From: a virus
Direction: 5' to 3' (one strand)
Length of the DNA: 64,000 nucleotides
Virus record (IMG/VR): IMGVR_UViG_3300017917_000095
Span: 20,898-84,897 of that record
The position numbers were made by a program, and so were the translations under genes. Below, piece after piece: positions 54,893 through 63,622 of the stretch (within the stretch, counting starts at the first letter, position 1; each line of letters starts with the position of its first letter). The notes under the pieces were generated by a model that was given only the letters and a program-made list of their open reading frames with translations, was not told the origin of the DNA and made no database searches.

Positions 54893-57800
54893 ATGTTAAG
54901 AGATGTTTTTTATTACGGAAAGAAACCGAATGTTCACCCTAAGGAGAGACCTGCAAAGAATCTAGCTGATGCTAGAAAGCAAGCTACAACTGAACATTTT
55001 TGGATCATCAACGAATTCTGTGATTATACCAATTTCGACTGGGACTTTGATTTCGAGTTCCTGCCTGACCAAGATGTATGGGCAGAAGATCATAACAACG
55101 TTTGGCCTAGCGTACATCAAAAAGACAGTGGTACTTGGTTGTGCCCTAAAACAAAGAGCGAAGTTATCGTATACCGTGCCGATGTTGATTCGTTGAAGCG
55201 TAAGAACATCATCACTGACAATTGGAAGATGCTAGATCACATTGATACTAGTAAATGGGATTTCAGTTGGCACCCTGATCCAACTGACCCTCCCTTCATT
55301 TACAAGTGGGGTTCGAAGTATGCACCTGTTGAACTAAAGACATGTTTAGAATATCATGTTGAAGGTGCCACTCTTGTCAAATACATGAACACCACTGTGG
55401 ACTTGTTACCCAATTGGGATTGCATTGTTGAGGTACAAAAAGTAGATCACAATCATTGGGATATGAGTTGGAGACCAGATCCTCTCGACCCTCCCTTCAT
55501 CTATGTATGGGGCAACAAGTACATCGATGGTCGTTTACGTGCAACATTAGAGTATCATGTTCCGGAAGCAACAGAAAAGAAATATATGCCTGAGTTAGTG
55601 CCTGTTCAACCTGAATGGGATCGTTGGGTATTCTTGCATGAGATAGATAAAACATCATTTGACTTTACTTGGAGACCGGATCCACGTGAGCCTGATTTCA
55701 TATATGTGTTTGGCAACGATCAATACGATGGCACGGTGATGCCTACGATTGAATATCGTATGCCTGGCGCCACTGTGACGAAGTACAACCTTGACAAGAA
55801 AGCCAAACTAGCCCCTCATCCTGAGAAGTTTCAGCACTTAGAAAAGGCTGATGGAATTGATTACAGTTGGGTGCCTGATCCTACATCACCACCTTACATT
55901 TATGCTTGGGGTAATCAATGGAACAAACCAGAAGATAAGGTTTCTATTCAGTATGTAGTAGAAGGCGCAACTGAATACAAGTACATGGAACAACGTGCTA
56001 AACGTAAACCATGCATGGATAACTGGGAAGTACCAGACAATATCGACACAACAGGATTTGATTTCTCATGGGAACCTAGTCCTGCTGATCCTGCATACAT
56101 CTATGAGTTCGGCACACAGTGGCAAAAGACAGGGGGACCTCGTTACGTAGTACCCGGCGCAACTGAAGTCAAGTATGTAGAATTTCAAAAAGCAAAAGCA
56201 TTAGTCAATCCTGTTGCTAAACAAAAGAACTGGTCTGTTCCTAACAATTTAGATATCACTGGATTCGATTTTAGTTGGCATCCGGATGCAACTAGCCCTC
56301 CCTACATCTATCACTTTGCTACACAATGGGCACTAACCGGCGGCCCCATCTATACATGTGATGGCGCAACAGAAGTCAAGTACTTAGAAGAGCCAAGTGC
56401 AATTGCATTACCCGATAAGACAAATTGGAAGTATGACCCTAAGCTGATTGACGAGAATTCATTTGACTTCTCATGGCACCCATACGTAGAAGATCAACCC
56501 TATGTGTATGTCTTTGGTACACAACATCAAAAAACAGGCGGCCCTGTTTATTACACTCCTGGTGCACTATCAACTAGCCCGGTGAAGTATATCGACACCC
56601 GTATCTTACGTGCAACACGATTGCCCAATCGCAAGAACTTTGCGGTGTTGAACAATTATCAAATTGATAACTTTGATTGGTCATGGCATCCAGACGAGAC
56701 AGAAGAATCGTATGTCTATGTGTTTGGTAACAATCAATACTCGGCTGAAATTATGCCTACGATTGAGTATGCAATGCCCGGCGCAAAGCAAATCAAATAC
56801 ATCAACACAGTAAAAGCCACTCTAGGTGCCGATAGAACTAACTGGGTTATCAACCAGCCTATCAATGAATCTACTTTTGATTTTAGCTGGAAGCCTAATC
56901 CCAAAGACCCTCCATACATCTATCGTTGGGGTAACAAATACATCAGCAACAAATATAAGTCTACTATAGATTACGTAGTTCCTGAAGCTACTGAAATCAA
57001 GTACATGGATGATAATGTTGAAGTGCTACCTCAAATGGATCGTTGGGAGATACCATCAGACGTAAGCACAGATGGGTTCGATTTTAGTTGGAGACCTGAC
57101 CCATTAGAGCCCGACTTGATTTGGCAGTTCGGTACTCAATGGCAGAAGACAGGTGGTCCTCGCTATGTAGTACCTGGCGCAACTGAAATCAAATACGTAG
57201 ATATCAAAGTAACTGCACTACCTCAAAAAGAAAAGTTCACTACGTTACACCCAATTGAAAACTTTGACTGGTCATGGCATCCAGATGACACAGAAGAACC
57301 TTTCATCTATGTGTTTGGCAATAATCAGTACCCAGCAGAGATCATGCCTACTGTTGAATACAGAATGCCCGGAGCAACTCAAGTAAAGTATATCAATGAT
57401 GTTAGTGCCAAGTTAGCAGTTGACATGACTAACTGGTCGATCCCTGATGACCTTGATACCTCTGGCTTTGACTTTAGTTGGAAACCTAACCCTAAAGACC
57501 CTGCTTACAATTATGAGTTCGGCACTCAATGGCAGAAGACAGGCGGCCCTCGATATGTAGTAGAAGGATCAACTGAAACAAAGTATGTTGACATGATGAA
57601 AGCAAAGAAACTCCCTAATAAGAGAAACTTTGCAGTCCTTAATAACTACCAGATCAAAGACTTTGATTGGTCATGGCATCCAGATTCAACAGATGAGCCC
57701 TTCATTTACCAATTCGGTAACAATCAGTATCCTGCTGAGATTATGCCTACTATTGAGTACATGGTTGAGGGTGCAATACAGGTCAAATACGTTCATGAAG

Positions 57801-60800
57801 CTATCGCTACGCTCGATGTAGACATGACAAATTGGGAAGTACCTGAGTCAGTCGATACCACTGGCTTTGATTTCTCATGGAAGCCTAATCCCAAAGATCC
57901 GGCTTACAATTATGAGTTCGGCACTCAATGGCAGAAGACAGGTGGGCCTCGTTACCTTGTAACAGATGCAACAGAAACAAAGTATGTTTCTACACAGAAA
58001 GTAAAAGCATTGCCAGTTAAAACTAACTGGACTATCCCTCCTCACATTGATGTTGCTGGATTCGATTTTAGTTGGCATCCAGATGCAACTAGCCCTCCAT
58101 ACGTCTATCACTTTGCTACGCAGTGGGCATTGAGCGGTGGACCTATCTATCGTGTAGATGGTGCAACAGAGGTCAAGTACATGGATGAACTATGTGCCAC
58201 TGCGTTACCTAATAAAGAAAACTGGGAAGTACCGTCAGATGTCAATGTGTCTGCGTTTGACTTCTCATGGCATCCATACGTTGAAGATCAGCCATATATC
58301 TATCAGTTCGGTACACAACATCAAAAGACAGGTGGACCACGGTACATCACGCCGGGTTCAGTCGCTAGCAGTCCGGTCAAGTATATTGACACACGTATTC
58401 TTAAGGCAGAGAAGTTGCCTAATCGCAAGAACTTCAACATTCTTAATAACTACAAGATCAAAGATTTTGATTGGTCATGGCACCCTGATACAACAGATGA
58501 ACCTTTCATCTATGTGTTCGGTAATAATCAGTATCCTGCTGAGATTATGCCTACCCTAGAGTATGCAATGCCGAATGCCAAAGAGATTAAATATGTTCAC
58601 TCAGTTGTTGCAACATTGTCAAGTGACCGCAACAACTGGGAGATTCCAGACAACATTGATGTAACTGAATTTGATTTCAGTTGGAAGCCTAATCCAAAAG
58701 ACCCACCGTACATCTATCAGTTTGGCACACAGCATCAAAAGACAGGTGGCCCTCGTTATGTTGTGCCTGATGCTACTGAGGTTAAGTACGTTGAAGGTAG
58801 CAAAGCTAAAGCATTGCCTACTACTGCGAACTGGATATTACCCAAAGACTTAGACATTGTAGATTTTGACTACTCATGGCATCCTGATAGTACAGAAGCT
58901 GCGTATGAGTACATCTTCCCCACACAATGGCAGTTGACAGGAGGCCCGCGCTACATGGTGCCAGGCTCACAAGAACTCAAGTTCATGGATGGCCCTGTTG
59001 CTACTGTTGGACCAACAACAAAGAATTGGGAAGTCCCTGCTGATATTGTTCTAAAAGATTTTGACTTTAGCTGGCATCCACACCCAGATGATCCTACGTT
59101 TATCTATGAGTTTGCAACGCAGTGGCATGATCGTGGTGGTCCACGCTATATTGCCCCGGGTGCAAACAAAGATACGCCTGTCAAATATATCGACGGTCGT
59201 ATCATTAAAGCGACACTAGGCCCTAACAAGAACAATTGGGTCGCGGCGCAGAAGATTGACGAAGATAAATTTGACTACAGCTGGGTACCTCACCCTAATG
59301 ACCCGCCTTACATATATCGTTGGGGTAACAAGTTTATTAGCGGAGTGTTCAAGCCTACAATAGAGTACCAAGCACCCGGTGCAACTGAATACAAGTACAT
59401 GGATGACAACGTTGAGGTGCTACCTCAATGGGATCGATGGGAGATTCCTGAAGGTATTGATTCAACTGGATTCGATTTTAGTTGGAGACCTGATCCATTA
59501 GAGCCTGACTTGATTTGGCAGTTCGGTACTCAATGGCAGAAGACAGGTGGCCCTCGCTATGTAGTACCTGGTGCAACTGACATTAAGTATATCGATACGA
59601 TGAAGGTCAGAAGGCTCCCTTCTAAGAAGAATTGGTTCAACCCTCAGCAATCAGATGTAACGTTGTTTGATTATAGCTGGCATCCAGACGATACTAATCC
59701 ACCGTACATTTATCAGTTCGGTACATTAGTAGATATGAACGACGGTCCTAGATACATTACTCCTGACTCTACCGGCAACGTAGTATTTTTACAACGGGTA
59801 GAAGTTGATGAAGCTGTTGAGGTTGATGAAGCTCCTTCAGAGGAAATCATTGAAAAGTATTTCATCGAAACAACGTTAGATGATTTAGTTAAGCAACATC
59901 CTAATCAGGTGTTCTGGGCAATGAATAAGAACATTGACTACAGCAAGTTTGATTTCGAATGGAGACCAGAATCATTGAGAGATATGGAATACGTACAAGT
60001 ATTCGGTTCTCCTGACTCAGCATTGACTCATACTTACTTTGTTAACTCTAAGTCTTATGCCGCAGGCAACAAGGACTTCAAGTTCATTGAGAACGCAAAC
60101 CTAGATGAATCATACTTGTCCAGTTTGTTCATTAAGTCTGACATGTTCTTTGTCGATAAAGGTAACAAAGAATCACAAGCACGTTTCGATGAACTAAAGA
60201 ATTTATTCGGTAACAGAATTCAAAAGACTCGTTACTTGAACAGCTGGGTTGATACAATCAATCGCTGTATCAACCGTAGTACTACTGACCTGTGCTGGAT
60301 ACTAAACAGTGAGTTGGATTATAGTAACTTTAACTTTGAATACTATCCTAACCCTTGGCAGATGAAGATGGTTCACGTGTTTGGTACACAGTGGAGTCAT
60401 TGGGGCACAACATTCATGGTCAATCGTGAAACGTTTGCAGCCGATACCAAGTACATCAAGATCATTGAGCACTTGAGTAACTTGAACTTTGTTAAGGATC
60501 GTATTGCAAATGCAACTAACAGAATCTACGATGTAATCTACATCGATCACGGTAACTTGGCTACAGTACCTGGAACTAGTGTCAAGTATGAAGAAAGCTA
60601 TCTAAAGACTTTCAAGAACATGCTAGCTATCTTGCCCGAGAAGAAAGAACATTACGTATGGGTATGCAGCACAGTATGTGATTACACTGGATTTGACTTC
60701 ACATACATTTGCGATCCGTTTGCACGTGACCAGTTGCATGTATTCCCTAGTGATAAGCAAAAGTTCGGAGACACCTTCTTAGTCAATGTCAATAAACTAC

Positions 60801-61834
60801 GTGAATTGATTGATAAGATGACCGTGTTACAAGAGTATGAAAAGATCAACTACAACCAGACTCAACGTGTTAAGCGTTTGCAACCTCCTACAATTGTCAC
60901 TGAGTTTGATACACATGTGGCAAGCGTGATGCAAGACTTTGACTTCCCGTATGCTGTATTTGTTACTGAAGATAACAAGGATATCGTTGCAGTTGAAGAA
61001 GAACCAATGAACTTGTGGGATAAAGAATCTAAGAACATTCTTATTACAAGTACAGGTGGCACACGCATCATTGTTCCCAAAGAAGCAAAGCAGTATGTTG
61101 AGACACAGTTATATGATTACCCGTACATCAAGACTGCATCACGCCTAGCTAAGTCTAAACCACTAGACATTGTTTACTTGAGTAACGGTGAGTCATGTGC
61201 AGAAGAAAACTATGAACACTTGTTGAAGGTGACAAAGGGCTTGCCTAATAGAATCGTTCGTGTCGATGGAATCAACGGTCGTGTTGAAGCATATCATGCT
61301 GCCGCAGAAGCAAGTGAAACACCTTGGATGTTCACTGTGTTTGCTAAGTTGAAATTGAATGCCAAGTTTGACTTTAACTGGCAACCAGATAGACTACAAA
61401 TTCCTAAACACTATATGTTCTTAGCCAAGAACCCCGTTAACGGTTTGATCTATGGCCACCAAGGTATGATTGCATACAATAAGCAAATGACATTAGACAA
61501 TCCCGGATATGGTCTAGACTTCACATTAGATAGTCCACATGAAACGATTGAATTGCTATCAGGTATCACAACGTATAACACTGACGAATGGGCTACATGG
61601 CGCACAGCGTTCCGTGAAGTCATCAAGCTAAAGAAAGAGAACTCAGAGATTAGCTTGAAGCGTTTGGATGCTTGGTTAAACAAAGCAGAAGGTAACTTTG
61701 CTGAGTATTCACTAGATGGTGCCCGTCATGGTGTCGAGTATTTTGAAGAAGTAGAAGGCAAGACAGACAAGTTGCGTTTGAGTTACGAATGGTCTTGGCT
61801 GCGTCAACGATTCGATGAAAAGTATAAGAAATGA
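54893..61834 (+). CDS. 2313-aa repeat protein: ~23 Trp/Pro-rich repeats plus degenerate C-terminal GT-A-like modules
   Basis: Repeat consensus NWxxPxxxDxxxFDFSWxPxxxxPxYIYxFGxQWxxxGGPxYxxxGATExKY; C-terminal LDIVYLSNGE...RVDGINGRVEAYHAAA...NPVNGLIYGHQG...WRTAFREVIKL resembles 28410..29363. Confidence 0.75.
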   Translation: MLRDVFYYGKKPNVHPKERPAKNLADARKQATTEHFWIINEFCDYTNFDWDFDFEFLPDQDVWAEDHNNVWPSVHQKDSGTWLCPKTKSEVIVYRADVDSLKRKNIITDNWKMLDHIDTSKWDFSWHPDPTDPPFIYKWGSKYAPVELKTCLEYHVEGATLVKYMNTTVDLLPNWDCIVEVQKVDHNHWDMSWRPDPLDPPFIYVWGNKYIDGRLRATLEYHVPEATEKKYMPELVPVQPEWDRWVFLHEIDKTSFDFTWRPDPREPDFIYVFGNDQYDGTVMPTIEYRMPGATVTKYNLDKKAKLAPHPEKFQHLEKADGIDYSWVPDPTSPPYIYAWGNQWNKPEDKVSIQYVVEGATEYKYMEQRAKRKPCMDNWEVPDNIDTTGFDFSWEPSPADPAYIYEFGTQWQKTGGPRYVVPGATEVKYVEFQKAKALVNPVAKQKNWSVPNNLDITGFDFSWHPDATSPPYIYHFATQWALTGGPIYTCDGATEVKYLEEPSAIALPDKTNWKYDPKLIDENSFDFSWHPYVEDQPYVYVFGTQHQKTGGPVYYTPGALSTSPVKYIDTRILRATRLPNRKNFAVLNNYQIDNFDWSWHPDETEESYVYVFGNNQYSAEIMPTIEYAMPGAKQIKYINTVKATLGADRTNWVINQPINESTFDFSWKPNPKDPPYIYRWGNKYISNKYKSTIDYVVPEATEIKYMDDNVEVLPQMDRWEIPSDVSTDGFDFSWRPDPLEPDLIWQFGTQWQKTGGPRYVVPGATEIKYVDIKVTALPQKEKFTTLHPIENFDWSWHPDDTEEPFIYVFGNNQYPAEIMPTVEYRMPGATQVKYINDVSAKLAVDMTNWSIPDDLDTSGFDFSWKPNPKDPAYNYEFGTQWQKTGGPRYVVEGSTETKYVDMMKAKKLPNKRNFAVLNNYQIKDFDWSWHPDSTDEPFIYQFGNNQYPAEIMPTIEYMVEGAIQVKYVHEAIATLDVDMTNWEVPESVDTTGFDFSWKPNPKDPAYNYEFGTQWQKTGGPRYLVTDATETKYVSTQKVKALPVKTNWTIPPHIDVAGFDFSWHPDATSPPYVYHFATQWALSGGPIYRVDGATEVKYMDELCATALPNKENWEVPSDVNVSAFDFSWHPYVEDQPYIYQFGTQHQKTGGPRYITPGSVASSPVKYIDTRILKAEKLPNRKNFNILNNYKIKDFDWSWHPDTTDEPFIYVFGNNQYPAEIMPTLEYAMPNAKEIKYVHSVVATLSSDRNNWEIPDNIDVTEFDFSWKPNPKDPPYIYQFGTQHQKTGGPRYVVPDATEVKYVEGSKAKALPTTANWILPKDLDIVDFDYSWHPDSTEAAYEYIFPTQWQLTGGPRYMVPGSQELKFMDGPVATVGPTTKNWEVPADIVLKDFDFSWHPHPDDPTFIYEFATQWHDRGGPRYIAPGANKDTPVKYIDGRIIKATLGPNKNNWVAAQKIDEDKFDYSWVPHPNDPPYIYRWGNKFISGVFKPTIEYQAPGATEYKYMDDNVEVLPQWDRWEIPEGIDSTGFDFSWRPDPLEPDLIWQFGTQWQKTGGPRYVVPGATDIKYIDTMKVRRLPSKKNWFNPQQSDVTLFDYSWHPDDTNPPYIYQFGTLVDMNDGPRYITPDSTGNVVFLQRVEVDEAVEVDEAPSEEIIEKYFIETTLDDLVKQHPNQVFWAMNKNIDYSKFDFEWRPESLRDMEYVQVFGSPDSALTHTYFVNSKSYAAGNKDFKFIENANLDESYLSSLFIKSDMFFVDKGNKESQARFDELKNLFGNRIQKTRYLNSWVDTINRCINRSTTDLCWILNSELDYSNFNFEYYPNPWQMKMVHVFGTQWSHWGTTFMVNRETFAADTKYIKIIEHLSNLNFVKDRIANATNRIYDVIYIDHGNLATVPGTSVKYEESYLKTFKNMLAILPEKKEHYVWVCSTVCDYTGFDFTYICDPFARDQLHVFPSDKQKFGDTFLVNVNKLRELIDKMTVLQEYEKINYNQTQRVKRLQPPTIVTEFDTHVASVMQDFDFPYAVFVTEDNKDIVAVEEEPMNLWDKESKNILITSTGGTRIIVPKEAKQYVETQLYDYPYIKTASRLAKSKPLDIVYLSNGESCAEENYEHLLKVTKGLPNRIVRVDGINGRVEAYHAAAEASETPWMFTVFAKLKLNAKFDFNWQPDRLQIPKHYMFLAKNPVNGLIYGHQGMIAYNKQMTLDNPGYGLDFTLDSPHETIELLSGITTYNTDEWATWRTAFREVIKLKKENSEISLKRLDAWLNKAEGNFAEYSLDGARHGVEYFEEVEGKTDKLRLSYEWSWLRQRFDEKYKK
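55220..59790 (+). repeat. Intragenic tandem array of ~23 units of ~200 nt (~65-70 aa)
   Basis: 23 counted (F/W/I)D(F/W/Y/M)(S/T)WxP cores; near-identical DNA blocks, e.g. 57077-57186 vs 59471-59580. Confidence 0.85.
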
Positions 61835-62853
61835 AATACGCCTGCACTAATCAATGGGACGGGCTACAGATGCCCGCCTTCAGGGATAAAGTATTGAATG
61901 GTAACTATGATAAGGTGGTTTTGTTCGGTCAGAACGAGTGGGCTTGGTATCATCAGAACCCTGAATTCTATGAGATACTTGAATACTGTAAACAACGAAA
62001 CATACCGGTTGAAATAATAACCGGTGCATGTGAAGAATTGTACCCAGCGAAGATGGACTATGTAAAGATTCATTGGTGGGACACCTATTGGATAGGAAAG
62101 ACATATCAAGATTTGATCGGTAGTATGGCACACACCGGTAAACCCCCTAGAGCAATTGATCCATACGAAACTACAAACTTTCAGCACCATTATATTTGCA
62201 TGAACAATAGACCTCACAAGCATCGATGTTTGCTCATTGACTTATTAGCAAAGAATGACTTAATGCAATACGGGGCATTGTCTATACGAGGTGAAGATCC
62301 TATACTTTACAAGTGGAGATACTTTAATTACACTCCGATGTATTTGTCAGAAGGTGTGGAGTACGATCAATACAAAATGCCAGATCAATACTATAATTCA
62401 TTCGCACAGTTGATTAGCGAAAGTTCTAGTGATGTGTTGATGATATCTGAAAAAACGGCAACACCGTTGATACTAGGCAAACCATTCTTAGTAGCAAGTC
62501 AAGTAAATTTTCATAAAACATTGAGTAGGATGGGTTTTGAGTTGTACGATGAAATCTTTGACTACGGGTTTGATAGTGAACCTGACGAAGAAAAGCGATA
62601 TGAAATGCTACTAAAAAACTTTGTTAGATTGTCTAAGATTCCACTGAAAAACTTAAATCGTTTACAGAAACAGTTGGCTCCCAAGATCATGCGTAACAGG
62701 GAACGTGCTAGGGAAATTTCGTATGATTTGAATTTGTATCCAAAGATTGCATTGGAAGCGATAGATCACTATCACAAAACGGGTGAGGAGTTGGATCACC
62801 GAATGATCCAAGTGCATTTGAATCTGGAAAGATACAGGAAAGTCAAGTTTTGA
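61831..62853 (+). CDS. Putative GT10-like domain protein, 340 aa
   Basis: WWDTYW, YICMNNRPHKHR, LISES...ISEKTATP...KPF...GFELYDEIFDYGFD. Confidence 0.5.
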   Translation: MKYACTNQWDGLQMPAFRDKVLNGNYDKVVLFGQNEWAWYHQNPEFYEILEYCKQRNIPVEIITGACEELYPAKMDYVKIHWWDTYWIGKTYQDLIGSMAHTGKPPRAIDPYETTNFQHHYICMNNRPHKHRCLLIDLLAKNDLMQYGALSIRGEDPILYKWRYFNYTPMYLSEGVEYDQYKMPDQYYNSFAQLISESSSDVLMISEKTATPLILGKPFLVASQVNFHKTLSRMGFELYDEIFDYGFDSEPDEEKRYEMLLKNFVRLSKIPLKNLNRLQKQLAPKIMRNRERAREISYDLNLYPKIALEAIDHYHKTGEELDHRMIQVHLNLERYRKVKF

Positions 62854-62859
62854 CAAGGC

Positions 62860-62888
62860 TTGACATAAATACAAGAAGGTGTTATACT
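62860..62888 (+). promoter_or_regulatory. Near-consensus sigma70 (early) promoter with extended -10
   Basis: TTGACA (62860-65), 17-nt spacer, TATACT (62883-88) preceded by TGn; CATAAATA (62864-71) is embedded in it. Confidence 0.75.
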
Positions 62889-62894
62889 ATGATT

Positions 62895-63002
62895 ATGAAT
62901 AAGGTAATGGCATTAAAGGGCACGTTAGCATTGTTGGGCTTGTACCTAGCCTACAAGCTAGGTCTTGAACTTTGGTGCATTGCTTATGGTTTACTCATGT
63001 AA
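62895..63002 (+). CDS. Small hydrophobic membrane peptide, 35 aa (not in the ORF track)
   Basis: MNKVMALKGTLALLGLYLAYKLGLELWCIAYGLLM; ATG at the predicted +1 of the sigma70 promoter; stop overlaps the AAGGAG SD of the next gene. Confidence 0.5.
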   Translation: MNKVMALKGTLALLGLYLAYKLGLELWCIAYGLLM

Positions 63003-63011
63003 GGAGCGTTT

Positions 63012-63239
63012 ATGAAACGTCTGATTGGTATTGTTGTAATTGCTGGTAGTCTTGTTGGGTGTGCTACACCTGCACAAAACGCCGCGCTAGGTGGTGCTGT
63101 TATAGGTGCTGTCATCGCAACCAGTGTCGCACAACCTCAACCACACTATCATCCTCCTGTGCGAGTGATTCACTGTCACCAGGTTGTTGCAGGGTATGAC
63201 TATTATGGTCGTCCTCTGATTCGTCAGGTGTGCAGGTAA
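63012..63239 (+). CDS. Small lipoprotein with glycine zipper, 75 aa
   Basis: AAGGAG SD; signal MKRLIGIVVIAGSLVG-C (lipobox); GGAVIGAVIA zipper. Confidence 0.7.
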   Translation: MKRLIGIVVIAGSLVGCATPAQNAALGGAVIGAVIATSVAQPQPHYHPPVRVIHCHQVVAGYDYYGRPLIRQVCR

Positions 63240-63315
63240 AAGTTATTGCTGTATGAAGCAAAGAGAAAAGTGTTCTGGACGCAAGGGTAGGACACCGTAA
63301 ATACCAATTTGAATT

Positions 63316-63579
63316 ATGATTACCTTTTATGCCAGAGATATTGGAATTTGGAGGCAAGATTTTTGCTTCACAAATGATATCACTCTAACACCAAAAGAAA
63401 AGTATCATTACAAAACATTCTATGACCGTAAAGAGTTAATAGAATTTATGAAATCTCGTGGTGTTAGGTTGGACGATCCAAAGTATCCGCTTGAATTTAT
63501 AGGACCGAAAGAACATCACGAATTTGGGTATGTATATGATGTTATTCAATGGTCTTTGCTTGGTTGGGTTAAAGAGTAA
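63316..63579 (+). CDS. Hypothetical protein, 87 aa
   Basis: ORF preceded by GTAAATA (63297-63303). Confidence 0.55.
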   Translation: MITFYARDIGIWRQDFCFTNDITLTPKEKYHYKTFYDRKELIEFMKSRGVRLDDPKYPLEFIGPKEHHEFGYVYDVIQWSLLGWVKE

Positions 63580-63609
63580 CTGACTAATCCTGGACTTTGG
63601 TTCGACAGG

Positions 63610-63617
63610 CATAAATA
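63610..63617 (+). promoter_or_regulatory. Late promoter motif CATAAATA
   Basis: 5 nt upstream of the HNH gene ATG. Confidence 0.5.
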
Positions 63618-63622
63618 CTTGT

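Noticed and set aside
55220-59790. Diversity-generating retroelement TR/VR pair or CRISPR array in the repeated DNA
   Set aside because: Repeats are in-frame coding units; the differences examined are synonymous C/T rather than adenine-specific; no reverse transcriptase, cas genes or repeat-spacer structure
54893-61834. Polyprotein RiPP precursor whose Trp-rich cores are crosslinked by the radical SAM enzymes
   Set aside because: Units are ~65-70 aa, look like folded GT-derived modules, and no protease, RRE or transporter is visible; not formally excluded
26170-62853. Bacterial O-antigen/capsule island or assembly chimera
   Set aside because: No Wzx/Wzy/ABC exporter or membrane priming transferase, no integrase/IS boundary, and the same promoter motif, strand and codon style as the phage structural genes
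63580-63612. tRNA-like GGTTCGA
   Set aside because: No T-stem pairing and no room for a cloverleaf
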